Of a stretch of 64,000 bases of DNA, positions 17,413 through 28,354 are shown piece by piece; position 1 is the first letter of the stretch; every line of letters starts with the position of its first letter. Position numbers and translations under genes: made by a program. The stretch comes from Polaromonas sp. GTDB taxonomy: Bacteria; Pseudomonadota; Gammaproteobacteria; Burkholderiales; Burkholderiaceae_C. The DNA is taken from contig JANNCT010000041.1 of the NCBI GenBank assembly GCA_031386895.1, positions 881-64,880 on the forward strand, read 5' to 3'. The notes under the pieces were generated by a model that did no database searches, was not told the origin of the DNA, and saw nothing but the letters and a program-made list of their open reading frames with translations.

Positions 17413-17889
17413 TCAGATGTACATCACCGCAATAATTTCATAGCGCTTCAAGCCGCCCGGCGCTTGAAACTCCACCGTGTCGCCCTCGTCTTTGCCGATC
17501 AGCGCGCGCGCAATCGGTGAGCCAATATTGACGCGTCCAAACTTGATGTCGGCCTCGTCCTCACCCACGATCTGGTAGGTGACTTTGTTGCCAGAGTCTT
17601 CGTCTTCCAGCTCAATGGTCGAGCCAAAAACAACCTTGCCGCCCGCATCCATTTCAGACGGATCAATGATTTGTGCGACCGACAATTTGCCTTCTATTTC
17701 CTGAATCCGGCCTTCGACAAAGCCCTGCCGGTCTTTGGCGGATTCATACTCGGCATTTTCGCTCAAATCGCCCTGCGCACGCGCCTCAGAAATAGCGTTG
17801 ATGACCCACGGGCGGTGAATCGTTTTGAGTTCGTGCAGCTCAACCTTGAGTTTTTCAGCACCGATTTTTGTGATGGGAACAGTAGCCAT
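17413..17889 (-). CDS. greA: Transcription elongation factor GreA
   Basis: ORF 17413..17922. The preferred start is MATVPITKIGAEKLKVEL at 17889. Typical GreA sequence (EARAQGDLSENAEYESAKDRQ, C-terminal FKBP-like domain). Confidence 0.93.
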   Translation of the reverse strand: MATVPITKIGAEKLKVELHELKTIHRPWVINAISEARAQGDLSENAEYESAKDRQGFVEGRIQEIEGKLSVAQIIDPSEMDAGGKVVFGSTIELEDEDSGNKVTYQIVGEDEADIKFGRVNIGSPIARALIGKDEGDTVEFQAPGGLKRYEIIAVMYI

Positions 17890-18074
17890 GTTTATTCGTT
17901 TCTCTAAAAGCAAAACCGCCACCAGTTGCCTGGTAGCGGCGATATTTGTATTTTCCCAAGTTTAATGCAAACCTACCTGCAATTGCGCTGGTGGCGTACC
18001 CGCATTTCCAAGCTCAAGCCGCGGAACTGGCTTTGCCAGGCCGCAGGCGGGCGGCCCCCTCGGGGGGCAAGGAA

Positions 18075-21000
18075 CTACACGAAGTGAGCGACCGTGGGGG
18101 CAAGTTGCTCATGCATTTCCTGAACTGAAATTACGCCCAGGTTGTCCAGGTGCTTCATGCCTTCAACCGCAGCTTCCGCACCCGCAATCGTCGTGAAGGT
18201 TGTCACACGCGCCAACAAAGATGACGTGCGGATTTGCCGTGAATCGGCAATTGCATTGCGGCGCTCTTCTACTGTGTTGATGACCAGCGCAATCTCGTTG
18301 TTTTTGATCATGTCGACCACGTTTGGCCGGCCTTCTGCCACCTTGTTGACGACTCGGCATGCAATGCCCGCCGCAACGATGGAAGCGGCAGTGCCTTTGG
18401 TGGCCACAATGTCAAACTTCATAGCGCTTAACGCCCGTGCCACTTCGACTGCACGCGGTTTATCGTTGTTTTTAACCGTCAGGAAGACCGTACCAGCCGT
18501 CGGCAGTTTGGTACCTGCGCCCAGCTGCGACTTGACAAAAGCCTCGCCAAACGTTTTTCCAACGCCCATCACTTCGCCGGTGGACTTCATCTCAGGCCCA
18601 AGAATGGTGTCAACGCCCGGAAACTTCACGAACGGGAAAACCGCTTCTTTAACGCTGAAGTACGGCGGCGTCACTTCCTTCGTGATGCCTTGCGACGCCA
18701 GCGATTGGCCCACCATGCAGCGCGCCGCTACTTTGGCCAGCTGGATGCCGGTGGCTTTGCTGACGAACGGAACCGTACGGGAGGCGCGCGGGTTGACTTC
18801 CAGCACGTAAATGAGGTCTTTGCCATCCACGTGCTGAATCGCGAACTGCACGTTCATCAGGCCGACCACATTCAGGGCGGTGGCCATGGCGGCGGTTTGG
18901 CGCTTGATTTCCAGCACCGTTTCGGCACTGAGTGAGTACGGCGGCAATGAGCAAGCTGAGTCGCCGCTGTGCACTCCTGCTTGCTCAATGTGCTCCATCA
19001 CGCCGCCAATAAAGCTTGCGCCTGTGTCGTCGCGAATGCAGTCGACGTCGCACTCAATGGCGTCGTTCAGAAAGCGGTCTAGCAACACGGGCGAGTCGTG
19101 GCTGACTTTGACGGCTTCACGCATGTAGCGCTCGAGGTCGCGCTGCTCATGCACAATTTCCATTGCGCGGCCACCCAACACGTAGCTAGGGCGTACCACC
19201 AGCGGGTAGCCCAGCGCAGCGGCTTTTTCAAGTGCTTCAGGCTCTGTACGCGCGGTGGCGTTTGGCGGCTGCAGCAAAGCCAACTCGCGCAGCAGTGCCG
19301 AGAAACGCTCGCGGTCTTCAGCGGCGTCAATCATGTCTGGCGACGTGCCAATGATGGGCACGCCGTTGGCTTCCAGGTCCAGCGCCAGCTTCAAAGGCGT
19401 TTGCCCGCCGTACTGAACAATCACACCGAGCGGCTTTTCTTTGTCGACGATTTCCAGCACGTCTTCAAGTGTGAGCGGCTCAAAGTACAAGCGGTCTGAC
19501 GTGTCGTAGTCGGTGGATACGGTTTCCGGGTTGCAGTTGACCATGACGGTCTCGTAGCCGTCTTCACGCATTGCCAAAGCGGCGTGCACGCAGCAATAGT
19601 CAAACTCAATTCCCTGCCCGATGCGGTTGGGTCCACCGCCCAGCACCATGATTTTTTTGTTGGTGGTGGGTTCGGCTTCGCACTCTGAGCCAACGGCCTC
19701 GTAGGTTGAATACAAATATGCAGTGTTGGTGGCGAACTCGGCGGCGCAGGTGTCAACCCGTTTGAAAACTGGACGAACGCCGAGTTCTCGGCGGGCCGCA
19801 CGTATGGCGGTGTCGGTGGTTTTAAGCTGACGCGCCAAGCGGCGATCTGAAAAACCTTTTTGCTTGAGCGCACGCAAAGTCGCGGCGTCGATTTTTTCAA
19901 GTGACGTGGTTTCCAGTTCAAGTTCGATCTTGACGATCTGCTCAATCTGCACCAGAAACCAGCGGTCAATTTTGGTCAGCGCGAAGACTTCTTCAACGCT
20001 CATGCCCATCGCAAACGCATCGCCCACGTACCAGATGCGGTCGGGGCCGGGTGTGCCAAGTTCTTTCTCCAGCACTTCGCGGTCTTGGGTTTTTTCGTTC
20101 ATGCCGTCAACGCCAACTTCCAGCCCGCGCAGCGCTTTCTGAAACGACTCCTGAAAGGTGCGCCCCATCGCCATGACTTCACCGACCGACTTCATCTGCG
20201 TGGTCAAGCGCGCATCGGCTGTTGGAAATTTTTCAAACGCAAAGCGTGGGATCTTCGTCACGACGTAATCAATGCTGGGCTCAAACGATGCCGGTGTTGC
20301 ACCACCCGTGATCTCGTTGCGCAGCTCGTCCAGCGTGTAGCCAATGGCCAGCTTGGCGGCGACTTTGGCAATCGGGAACCCGGTGGCTTTAGAGGCCAGC
20401 GCCGACGAGCGGGACACGCGTGGGTTCATCTCGATGACGACCATGCGGCCGTCATCAGGGTTGATAGCAAACTGCACGTTGGAGCCGCCCGTGTCGACGC
20501 CGATTTCACGCAGCACCGCGAGCGAAGCGTTACGCAAAATCTGGTATTCCTTGTCGCTCAGCGTTTGCGCTGGAGCCACGGTGATGGAGTCACCTGTGTG
20601 CACGCCCATCGGGTCCAGGTTTTCAATCGAACACACGATGATGCAGTTGTCCGCCGTGTCGCGAACCACTTCCATTTCGTATTCTTTCCAGCCCAGCAGC
20701 GACTCTTCAATCAGCAGCTCACTGGTGGGCGATGCCTCAATGCCGCGCTTGCAAATCGTCTCAAACTCTTCAGCGTTGTAAGCAATGCCGCCGCCCGTGC
20801 CGCCCAGCGTGAAGCTGGGGCGAATCACCGTCGGAAAGCCGAGCGTTTTTTGCACTGCCCAAGCTTCTTCAAGCGTGTGCGCAATGCCCGACCTGGCTGA
20901 GCCCAGGCCAATTTTGGTCATCGCGTCTTTGAACTTCAGGCGGTCTTCGGCCTTGTCGATCGCCTCGGGTTTTGCACCAATGAGTTCAACCTCGTACTTC

Positions 21001-21326
21001 TCAAGCACGCCGTTATTCCATAAATCCAGCGCGCAGTTCAGCGCGGTCTGCCCACCCATGGTGGGCAAAATCGCATCGGGTTTTTCTTTGGCAATGATTT
21101 TTTCAACCGTCTGCCACGTGATGGGCTCGATGTACGTCACGTCGGCCGTGGCCGGGTCGGTCATGATGGTGGCCGGGTTGCTGTTGATCAAAATGACCTT
21201 GTAACCCTCTTCCCGCAGCGCCTTGCAAGCCTGCACGCCAGAGTAGTCAAACTCGCACGCCTGACCAATGATGATAGGGCCTGCGCCAATGATGAGGACG
21301 CTTTTGATGTCAGTGCGTTTAGGCAT
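18075..21326 (-). CDS. carB: Carbamoyl-phosphate synthase large subunit
   Basis: 1083 aa with duplicated ATP-grasp halves and an MGS-like C-terminus. It begins [30 protein letters not shown]. Confidence 0.97.
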   Translation of the reverse strand: MPKRTDIKSVLIIGAGPIIIGQACEFDYSGVQACKALREEGYKVILINSNPATIMTDPATADVTYIEPITWQTVEKIIAKEKPDAILPTMGGQTALNCALDLWNNGVLEKYEVELIGAKPEAIDKAEDRLKFKDAMTKIGLGSARSGIAHTLEEAWAVQKTLGFPTVIRPSFTLGGTGGGIAYNAEEFETICKRGIEASPTSELLIEESLLGWKEYEMEVVRDTADNCIIVCSIENLDPMGVHTGDSITVAPAQTLSDKEYQILRNASLAVLREIGVDTGGSNVQFAINPDDGRMVVIEMNPRVSRSSALASKATGFPIAKVAAKLAIGYTLDELRNEITGGATPASFEPSIDYVVTKIPRFAFEKFPTADARLTTQMKSVGEVMAMGRTFQESFQKALRGLEVGVDGMNEKTQDREVLEKELGTPGPDRIWYVGDAFAMGMSVEEVFALTKIDRWFLVQIEQIVKIELELETTSLEKIDAATLRALKQKGFSDRRLARQLKTTDTAIRAARRELGVRPVFKRVDTCAAEFATNTAYLYSTYEAVGSECEAEPTTNKKIMVLGGGPNRIGQGIEFDYCCVHAALAMREDGYETVMVNCNPETVSTDYDTSDRLYFEPLTLEDVLEIVDKEKPLGVIVQYGGQTPLKLALDLEANGVPIIGTSPDMIDAAEDRERFSALLRELALLQPPNATARTEPEALEKAAALGYPLVVRPSYVLGGRAMEIVHEQRDLERYMREAVKVSHDSPVLLDRFLNDAIECDVDCIRDDTGASFIGGVMEHIEQAGVHSGDSACSLPPYSLSAETVLEIKRQTAAMATALNVVGLMNVQFAIQHVDGKDLIYVLEVNPRASRTVPFVSKATGIQLAKVAARCMVGQSLASQGITKEVTPPYFSVKEAVFPFVKFPGVDTILGPEMKSTGEVMGVGKTFGEAFVKSQLGAGTKLPTAGTVFLTVKNNDKPRAVEVARALSAMKFDIVATKGTAASIVAAGIACRVVNKVAEGRPNVVDMIKNNEIALVINTVEERRNAIADSRQIRTSSLLARVTTFTTIAGAEAAVEGMKHLDNLGVISVQEMHEQLAPTVAHFV

Positions 21327-22507
21327 TATTTGCTCCCGCCGTGTTGTTCCATCAATGCTGTGAAGCGATCGAACAGGTAAGAAATGTCATGCGGCCCAGG
21401 CGATGCTTCTGGGTGGCCCTGAAAGCAGAACGCCGGTTTGTCCGTCCAGGCCAGGCCTTGCAGCGTGCCGTCAAACAAACTGATGTGGGTGGCGCGCAGA
21501 TTGGGCGGCAAGCTTTTGTCGTCAACTGCAAAGCCGTGGTTCTGGCTGGTGATGCTAACGCGTCCCGTGTCCAGGTCTTTGACCGGATGGTTGGCGCCGT
21601 GGTGGCTTTGCTGCATCTTGTAGGTTTTAACTCCTGCCGCCAAAGCCATGATCTGGTGTCCCAGGCAAATGCCGAAGGTGGGAATGCCAGTTTCAATAAG
21701 CTCTCGGACCGCTGCAATGGCGTAATCACATGGCTCAGGGTCACCGGGGCCATTGGATAAAAAGATGCCGTCGGGTTTGAGCTTGAGCACGTCTTGCGCA
21801 CTGGTTTGCGCGGGCACTACGGTCACGCGTGCGCCGCGCTGGGCGAGCATTCGCAAGATGTTTTTCTTGATGCCAAAGTCATACGCGACGACGTGAAACT
21901 TCGGCGTAATTTGTACGCCGTACCCCGAGCCCAGCTTCCATTCGGTTTGCGTCCATTCATAGGTCTGCTGGCACGACACGACTTTTGCCAAATCAAGGCC
22001 TGACATGTTGGGCGCGGCTTTGGCCAAAGTCTTGGCCTGATCGATTGCAGAAGGAGATACAAGCTCACCCAAAGCCAGCGCCAAAATGCAGCCGTTTTGC
22101 GCGCCATGCGTGCGCAAATGGCGGGTTAACTGGCGGGTGTCGATATTTGCAATCGCAACCGTGCCTTCCTTGACCAGGTATTCATTGAGCGTCATTGACG
22201 AACGAAAGTTGGACGCCAGCAGCGGCAGGTCTTTGATGATCAAGCCTGCGGCGTGAATTTTTTCGGCCTCAACATCTTCGGCATTGATACCGTAGTTGCC
22301 AATGTGCGGATAGGTCAGCGTGACCAGTTGCTGGCAGTAGCTGGCATCGGTCAAGATTTCCTGATAGCCCGTCATGGCGGTGTTGAAAACCACCTCGCCG
22401 ACCGTGTTGCCTGTAGCGCCGATGGATGAACCGATGAAGACCGTACCGTCTGCCAGCGCCAAAATTGCGGGTGTGTGGGGCAAGCTCCCCTGAAGAGACA
22501 AAAGCAC
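21326..22507 (-). CDS. carA: Carbamoyl-phosphate synthase small subunit (glutamine amidotransferase)
   Basis: ORF 21326..22555 starts at a TTG. The preferred start is the GTG at 22507, with GGGAG 5 nt upstream. GATase triad region GICLGHQ and HGANHPV. The stop overlaps the carB ATG by 1 nt. Confidence 0.9.
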   Translation of the reverse strand: MLLSLQGSLPHTPAILALADGTVFIGSSIGATGNTVGEVVFNTAMTGYQEILTDASYCQQLVTLTYPHIGNYGINAEDVEAEKIHAAGLIIKDLPLLASNFRSSMTLNEYLVKEGTVAIANIDTRQLTRHLRTHGAQNGCILALALGELVSPSAIDQAKTLAKAAPNMSGLDLAKVVSCQQTYEWTQTEWKLGSGYGVQITPKFHVVAYDFGIKKNILRMLAQRGARVTVVPAQTSAQDVLKLKPDGIFLSNGPGDPEPCDYAIAAVRELIETGIPTFGICLGHQIMALAAGVKTYKMQQSHHGANHPVKDLDTGRVSITSQNHGFAVDDKSLPPNLRATHISLFDGTLQGLAWTDKPAFCFQGHPEASPGPHDISYLFDRFTALMEQHGGSK

Positions 22508-22831
22508 TGGAACTCCCGAAAAGTTTACTTCTCGTCCAAGCCTGCGCGGTGTCAAATTAAGACTTTGCAGACTGCTTTTGGTGGTGTTTTTGCTGTGAAG
22601 CGCGCCTGGACGAAGCTGTGATTAAAAAAGCCTCTGATTATAACGTTGACGCCTAACGCTAACCCTTAGAGAGGCGCTGAACAAGTCCCCTGCGGCGTGC
22701 GATCAGCCGGCCTCGGGCGGTCTGCTGCGTGAAATTTCTCGCAAATAGCCAGCTATTTGGCTGCAAAATTTTCCTTGCAACCCAACCCGATACGGCTGTC
22801 GCCCATCCGCAAGGACTTATTCAGCGATTCC

Positions 22832-23605
22832 TTACTTCACAGCGATTGCGCTGGCATGCAGGCAAATCGCGGCGGCCGCGGCAACGTTCAGCGACTCTTC
22901 TCCGCCGGGCTGGCCAATGCGCACTTTAAAAGCAGCCTTGTCCATCAGAGCCTGGCTGACGCCCTGCCCTTCGTGTCCCATGACCCACGCACAGGGGCTG
23001 GGCAATCTTGCACTGCCGAGCACTGCGCCTTCGTGCGAGCTGGTGACCACCAGCGGCACGGTAAAAGCATCAAGCGATGTTGCATCAACGCCTTCAATCA
23101 GCTGCAATGCAAAGTGCGCGCCCATGCCGGCCCGCAGCGCTTTGGGCGACCACAACGCAGCCGTGCCTTTGAGTGCAACGACTTGCGCAAAACCAAACGC
23201 AGCGGCGCTGCGCAAGATGGAGCCGACATTGCCCGCGTCTTGCACGCGGTCAAGTATGACGGTTGCAACCTTTGGCTCGAGGGCTGCGGCTTCAGGCAAG
23301 TCGAGCACAAAAGCCATGCTGGCTGGCGACTCCAGGCCACTGATCTGCGCAAACAGATGATCTGAAACTACTATGTTTTTTATAGCTGCTTGCGCCCATT
23401 TTGATTGGGCTATAGGCCAAAAAGACTCTGAATAAAGGGCTATTTGCGGCTTTAAACCGCGCTCCAGCGCGGCCCTGCACAGGTGGTCGCCTTCCAGCCA
23501 CACGCGACCCTGTTTGCGGTACGCTGTGCTGCCTGCGTTGAGCTTGCGCAGCTCGGCTATCAGCGGGTTGTCCCGCGAGGTGATCAGCGTGGGGTCTGCG
23601 GTCAC
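22832..23605 (-). CDS. TrmH/SpoU-family RNA 2'-O-methyltransferase
   Basis: 257 aa. SpoU motifs [31 protein letters not shown] and [14 protein letters not shown]. It contains repeat copy E in frame. Confidence 0.85.
   Translation of the reverse strand: MTADPTLITSRDNPLIAELRKLNAGSTAYRKQGRVWLEGDHLCRAALERGLKPQIALYSESFWPIAQSKWAQAAIKNIVVSDHLFAQISGLESPASMAFVLDLPEAAALEPKVATVILDRVQDAGNVGSILRSAAAFGFAQVVALKGTAALWSPKALRAGMGAHFALQLIEGVDATSLDAFTVPLVVTSSHEGAVLGSARLPSPCAWVMGHEGQGVSQALMDKAAFKVRIGQPGGEESLNVAAAAAICLHASAIAVK
23371..23417 (+). repeat. 47-bp dispersed repeat, copy E, in frame in the TrmH-family methyltransferase gene
   Basis: ctatgttttttat AGCTGCTTGCGCCCATTT tgattgggctataggc. Read as [16 protein letters not shown]. 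Confidence 0.85.
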
Positions 23606-24228
23606 AGCGCACTGCCGAGCACCGCTGCAACTGGCGCAAAAGACCTGCGGTGTTCAGGGCAGGCTCCGTGCGCGCGCAACGCGGCGAGGTGGCTTGCAGT
23701 GCCGTAACCCTTGTGCCCGGCAAAGCCGTACTGCGGGTACTGCAAATCCACTTCAGCACACCAGCGGTCGCGGTGAACTTTTGCCAGAATCGACGCTGCT
23801 GATATGGCCGGAATCAGCGCGTCGCCTTTGACAATCGCCTCCGCCAAAATAGCAATGACCGGCAAACGGTTGCCATCTACCAGCACTTTGTTGGGCTTCA
23901 AGCGCAACCCCTCAACGGCGCGCTTCATGGCGAGCATCGTGGCTTGCAGGATGTTCATCTCATCAATTTCTGCAACCGTGGCCTGGGCAATCGAGCAGCA
24001 CAACGCCTTTGCGAGTATCTCGTCGTAGAGCTTTTCACGGCGCAGAGCAGTAAGTTTTTTGGAATCAGCCAGGCCTTTGATGGGTTTGAGGTCGTTCAAA
24101 ATCACAGCAGCGGCAACCACTGGACCCATCAGCGGGCCGCGTCCGGCCTCGTCAACGCCTGCCATCAGGCCCAGAGAATCCCAGACCAGCGGGGCCTGTT
24201 CAAGCTTCAAGAATTTTTTGGATCGCAT
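23602..24228 (-). CDS. rnhB: Ribonuclease HII
   Basis: The ORF extends to 24291. The preferred start is MRSKKFLK at 24228, with 24165 as an alternative. Catalytic [15 protein letters not shown] and DSKKLT motifs are present. Confidence 0.88.
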   Translation of the reverse strand: MRSKKFLKLEQAPLVWDSLGLMAGVDEAGRGPLMGPVVAAAVILNDLKPIKGLADSKKLTALRREKLYDEILAKALCCSIAQATVAEIDEMNILQATMLAMKRAVEGLRLKPNKVLVDGNRLPVIAILAEAIVKGDALIPAISAASILAKVHRDRWCAEVDLQYPQYGFAGHKGYGTASHLAALRAHGACPEHRRSFAPVAAVLGSAL

Positions 24229-25441
24229 CGGTTGCCAATTTGGAGGTGTCACGCTGCAACTCGCTGTGCAAAGCGGTAAAGCGCTGTTCAAGTGCCTGTA
24301 TTTTGGCAGGCGCCGATGTTTTAGCGTCGACCCAGCCCAAAACAGCTGTGGCCAATGCTTCGGGCGTCGCTGCGTTTTGAATCAGCTCTGGCACCACAAA
24401 ATCCTGACACAGAATGTTTGGCAGCCCAACCCACGGCTGCAGCTTTTTGCGTTTCATGATGTGCCAAGATAGCCAGTGCATGTTGTAGGCAATCACCATC
24501 GGGCGCTTGAACAGCGCGGCTTCCAGCGTGGCGGTCCCGCTGGCAATCAACGTCACGTCGCATGCTGCAAGGGCCAGGTGCGAATGCCCATCAGTGAACT
24601 GCACGGCACTGTGCACGCCCGCCTGCACCGCCAACTGCTCAATGCGCCCACGCAGCACAGGGATGCAAGGCACTATGAATTTAATAGCTGGTTGCGCCCG
24701 TAATATATGCGCTACAGCCTTAAAAAACCTTAAACCGAGGTACTGAATCTCTGAAGCCCTGCTGCCCGGCAGAATTGCCACCACAGTGTCTTCATCACGC
24801 AAACCCAGACGCGCCCGCGCGCCAGCACGGTCAATTTGCATCGGGATAACGCTGGCCAACGGGTGACCCACGTACGTCGCAGCAATACCGTGCTTTGCAA
24901 GCAGCGCGGGCTCAAACGGAAAAATACACAGCACATGGTCAACGCTGCGGTTGATTTTTTCAAGCCGCTCTGCGCGCCAGGCCCACACCGACGGGCAAAT
25001 AAAGTGAACGGTTTTGATGCCGCGTAGCTTGAGTGCAGCTTCCAGGTCAAGGTTAAAGTCAGGCGCATCCACACCTATAAATATGTCGGGCTGGTCTGCC
25101 AGCAGCCGCGTCTTGAGTTGGCTACGAATACCGACAATTTCACGGTAGTGGCGCAGCACTTCTACATAGCCCCGCACCGCGAGTTTTTCGCTTGGCCACC
25201 ACGCGTTGAAACCCTGCTTTGCCATCTGCTGGCCACCAATGCCGAATGATCGCAGGCCTGGCCAGCGCGACTTCAAACCATCGATGAACAGCGCCGCGAG
25301 CAGGTCGCCAGATGTCTCCCCAGCCACCATTGCCACACGAATGGAGCCCCCCACATTTGCCACTGCGTATGCTGCACCGCCCCCCACGGGGTCTGATCTT
25401 CCCGGGGGCGGCCCGTCGGAAGACCGCGGCGCATCATGCAT
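24200..25441 (-). CDS. lpxB: Lipid-A-disaccharide synthase
   Basis: 413-aa ORF. Contains [29 protein letters not shown] and [11 protein letters not shown]. The true start may lie downstream, near [16 protein letters not shown]. It contains repeat copy F in frame. Confidence 0.9.
   Translation of the reverse strand: MHDAPRSSDGPPPGRSDPVGGGAAYAVANVGGSIRVAMVAGETSGDLLAALFIDGLKSRWPGLRSFGIGGQQMAKQGFNAWWPSEKLAVRGYVEVLRHYREIVGIRSQLKTRLLADQPDIFIGVDAPDFNLDLEAALKLRGIKTVHFICPSVWAWRAERLEKINRSVDHVLCIFPFEPALLAKHGIAATYVGHPLASVIPMQIDRAGARARLGLRDEDTVVAILPGSRASEIQYLGLRFFKAVAHILRAQPAIKFIVPCIPVLRGRIEQLAVQAGVHSAVQFTDGHSHLALAACDVTLIASGTATLEAALFKRPMVIAYNMHWLSWHIMKRKKLQPWVGLPNILCQDFVVPELIQNAATPEALATAVLGWVDAKTSAPAKIQALEQRFTALHSELQRDTSKLATDAIQKILEA
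24673..24719 (+). repeat. 47-bp dispersed repeat, copy F, in frame in lpxB
   Basis: ctatgaatttaat AGCTGGTTGCGCCCGTAA tatatgcgctacagcc. Read as [16 protein letters not shown]. Confidence 0.85.
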
Positions 25442-25447
25442 ATGCTG

Positions 25448-26239
25448 CTACCGAACAATACCGCGCTGGGGCAGCGTTTGCTCTAAAAAAGAGCGCATTA
25501 GCTCCACATCTTGCGCAGCCTCTGGGTATTGTTCGGCCAATGCTGCAATATGTACTTGCGCTTGCGCCAGCGTTAAATCTTCGCGGTACAAAGCCTTCTG
25601 CATAGCCTTGACAGCTGCAATGCGTTCGGGTGAAAAACCGCGCCGGCGCAAGCCCTCATAGTTCATCGATCTCGCTGCTGCGGGCTGGCCCTGCGCCATG
25701 ACAAAAGGGGGCAAGTCAGCAAACAGCAGCGAGCACATGGCTGTCATGGAGTGCGCGCCCAAACGCACAAACTGGTGCACTACCGTAAAACCGCCCAATA
25801 TCACCCAATCACCGACGTGTACGTGTCCTGCCAACTGCGAGTTGTTGGCAAAAATGGTTTGGTTGCCCACTTGGCAATCGTGCGCCAAATGCACGTAAGC
25901 CATCAACCAGTTGTCATCGCCCACGCGGGTGATGCCAGTGCCACCTGGCGAGCCGATATTGAAGGTGCAAAACTCACGAATCGTATTGCGGTCGCCGATG
26001 ACTAATTCGCACGGCTCACCCGCATACTTTTTATCTTGCGGAATCGCACCGAGTGAGGTGAACTGAAATATGCGGTTGTCGCTGCCAATCGTAGTGTGGC
26101 CTTCAATCACGCAATGTGGCCCCACCGTGGAGCCAGAGCCAATTTTGACGTTCGGCCCGATCACGGAGTACGGACCGACCGTGACAGAGCCGTGCAGCTC
26201 GGCCTGCGGGTCAATGATGGCGGTTGGATGTATTCCCAT
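25448..26239 (-). CDS. lpxA: UDP-N-acetylglucosamine acyltransferase
   Basis: 263 aa with left-handed beta-helix hexapeptide repeats. Begins IHPTAIIDP. Confidence 0.93.
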   Translation of the reverse strand: MGIHPTAIIDPQAELHGSVTVGPYSVIGPNVKIGSGSTVGPHCVIEGHTTIGSDNRIFQFTSLGAIPQDKKYAGEPCELVIGDRNTIREFCTFNIGSPGGTGITRVGDDNWLMAYVHLAHDCQVGNQTIFANNSQLAGHVHVGDWVILGGFTVVHQFVRLGAHSMTAMCSLLFADLPPFVMAQGQPAAARSMNYEGLRRRGFSPERIAAVKAMQKALYREDLTLAQAQVHIAALAEQYPEAAQDVELMRSFLEQTLPQRGIVR

Positions 26240-26248
26240 GCCTGGCGC

Positions 26249-26686
26249 TTAAGCAATCGTGCGCATGGTGCACATCAGCTCGGCCTCGCACGCGGTTGCC
26301 TCGCCCACGCGGGTAATGCCTTTGAACTTGAAAATGCCCGCCTTCATGCGCTCTAACGTCACGTCCATGATGAGCTGATCACCCGGCTCGACTGGCCTTT
26401 TAAAGCGCGCAGAGTCGATACCCGCAAAGTAATAGACGGTCTTGTCATCGGGCGCTTGCCCCAACATATCGAACGCCAAAAGCGCCGCGGCTTGCGCCAT
26501 GGCCTCCAGCATCAATACACCTGGCATGACCGGGCGATGCGGAAAATGGCCCATAAAAAACGGCTCGTTGATGGTCACATTTTTCAGTGCTTTGATCCGC
26601 TTGCCTTTTTCAATTTCCAGCACACGGTCGACCAGTAAAAAAGGATAGCGGTGCGGCAACTGCTTGAGTATTTGATGAATGTCCAT
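26249..26686 (-). CDS. fabZ: 3-hydroxyacyl-ACP dehydratase
   Basis: 145 aa. Contains [13 protein letters not shown] and [16 protein letters not shown]. Confidence 0.95.
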   Translation of the reverse strand: MDIHQILKQLPHRYPFLLVDRVLEIEKGKRIKALKNVTINEPFFMGHFPHRPVMPGVLMLEAMAQAAALLAFDMLGQAPDDKTVYYFAGIDSARFKRPVEPGDQLIMDVTLERMKAGIFKFKGITRVGEATACEAELMCTMRTIA

Positions 26687-26722
26687 ATTGATGTTTCTTT
26701 GTTTTCGTTGCTTTGCGCCGTG

Positions 26723-27802
26723 CTAGCTTGTTGCCTTGTTTGTCAGAGGCTTTTCGGATGGCTTTTCGGATGGTTTTTCCAGGTGCTTTAACCTGTCCCG
26801 CAGCGAGTGAAGTTGCTTGACGGTGGCCGCATTTTTTTCCCACGCAGCATTGTCGTCAATCGGGAAAAATCCGGTGTAGTTGCCGGCCTTGGCAATTGAA
26901 CGCGTCACAACTGACGCTGCTGAAATATGCACATGGTCTGCCAGCTTAAGGTGGCCCAGCACCACCGCGCCGCCGCCGATAGTGCAGTGCGCGCCAATCA
27001 CAGCGCTGCCTGCAACACCAGCGCAGCCTGCCATGGCGGTATTGGCGCCAATGCGAACGTTGTGGCCAATCTGTATGAGGTTGTCGAGTTTGACGCCGTC
27101 TTCAATCACGGTGTCGCCCAACGCACCGCGGTCAATACATGTGTTGGCCCCAATTTCAACGTCGTTGCCAATGCGTACCGCGCCCAACTGTTCAATCTTG
27201 ACCCACTGACCGTTGTCTGGCGCAAACCCAAAACCGTCGGCGCCAATCACCACACCTGAATGGACTATGCAGCGCTGGCCTGCCGCGCAGCCAGCCAGCA
27301 GCGTGACGCGCGGTGCGAAGTGCGTGTTTGCGCCAACCGAGGCGCCTTCGCCCAACACGCAGTGCTCAGAAATGTGCGCACCGCCAGCAACCACTGCACG
27401 CGCACCCACTACTGCGAACGCACCAATTCTGGCGCTTGCATCCACGGTTGCGGTTGGGTCGATAAATGCGGTCGGATGCACCATAGGACCAGAAACTTGC
27501 ACTGCGTGGTGCCGCTTCCAGAGCTGGGTGATGTGGGCAAAATACAGATAAGGGTCATCCACAACAATGTATGCACCGCGCTTGGCTGCGGCTTGCTCCG
27601 CAGCAGGCGCTACAACAATGCAGGCCGCCTTTGAGGCGGTCAGTTTGTGAGAGTATTTTGGGTGACTGAGGAACGAAAGATCGCAGTCCCCTGCCTTGTC
27701 TAACGGAGCCAGCCGGTCAATGTGTGCTTCACCATCGCCAACGAGCCGTACATTGAACTTGCCGGAAAAAGCATCAACTATTTGCTGGAGTTTGAGCGTC
27801 AT
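26723..27802 (-). CDS. lpxD: UDP-3-O-acylglucosamine N-acyltransferase, with short C-terminal (EKPS)n tail
   Basis: 359 aa with hexapeptide repeats and a typical LpxD N-terminus (LQQIVDAF). The tail reads [19 protein letters not shown]. Confidence 0.92.
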   Translation of the reverse strand: MTLKLQQIVDAFSGKFNVRLVGDGEAHIDRLAPLDKAGDCDLSFLSHPKYSHKLTASKAACIVVAPAAEQAAAKRGAYIVVDDPYLYFAHITQLWKRHHAVQVSGPMVHPTAFIDPTATVDASARIGAFAVVGARAVVAGGAHISEHCVLGEGASVGANTHFAPRVTLLAGCAAGQRCIVHSGVVIGADGFGFAPDNGQWVKIEQLGAVRIGNDVEIGANTCIDRGALGDTVIEDGVKLDNLIQIGHNVRIGANTAMAGCAGVAGSAVIGAHCTIGGGAVVLGHLKLADHVHISAASVVTRSIAKAGNYTGFFPIDDNAAWEKNAATVKQLHSLRDRLKHLEKPSEKPSEKPLTNKATS

Positions 27803-27841
27803 AAAGCACTCGAGACGGCGCGGCCGCCAGCGATACAGACC

Positions 27842-28354
27842 TTACTTTGCGCCCGCTGCATTCAACGACTTGAGCACTTTGTCGGTAATGTCGTGCTTGG
27901 GGTTGACGTACACAGCCTCTTGAACGATGAGGTCGTACTTTTCAGCTTCGGCCAACGACTTCACAACGCGGTTTGCGCGTTCAATAACCTGCTGCAACTC
28001 TTCGTTCTTGCGGTTCGTCAGGTCTTCCTGAAACTCGCGCCGCTTGCGCTGAAAATCTCGTTCCTGGTCAGCCAGCTGCTTTTGGCGTGTCAGGCGCTGG
28101 CTCTCTGCCAGCGTCGGTGCTTCACGCTCGAACTTGTCGGCTGAGCCTTTTAGCTGGGCACCAATGTCGTTGATTTCCTTTTCACGCTTGCCAAACTCCT
28201 GCTCGAGTTTTGCCTGGGCGGTCTTTGCAGAGTTCGCTTCCCTGAAGATCCTGTCGAGGTTGACAATGCCGACCTTAAACTCTTGCGCGTTCGCCATGGC
28301 GCCCGCTGTAGCAAGCAAGAAAGCCAATAGCAATTTGGTTGAAATTTTGAACAT
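27842..28354 (-). CDS. skp: Periplasmic chaperone Skp (OmpH family)
   Basis: 170 aa with a signal peptide and a charged coiled-coil body. Located between bamA and lpxD. Confidence 0.88.
   Translation of the reverse strand: MFKISTKLLLAFLLATAGAMANAQEFKVGIVNLDRIFREANSAKTAQAKLEQEFGKREKEINDIGAQLKGSADKFEREAPTLAESQRLTRQKQLADQERDFQRKRREFQEDLTNRKNEELQQVIERANRVVKSLAEAEKYDLIVQEAVYVNPKHDITDKVLKSLNAAGAK

Noticed and set aside
17955-18000. A weak resemblance to the repeat in the greA-carB spacer (gtttaatgcaaacctacctgcaattgcgctggtggcg). Similar weak resemblance occurs in relA around 48715..48760.
   Set aside because: The core is not recognisable without several indels. These were kept out of the copy count.
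22741-22765. A palindrome AAATAGC-ca-GCTATTT in the 275-bp carA upstream region, considered as an operator or small RNA element.
   Set aside because: It is a single short palindrome with no repeat partner or recognisable motif. I cannot support a function from the sequence alone.
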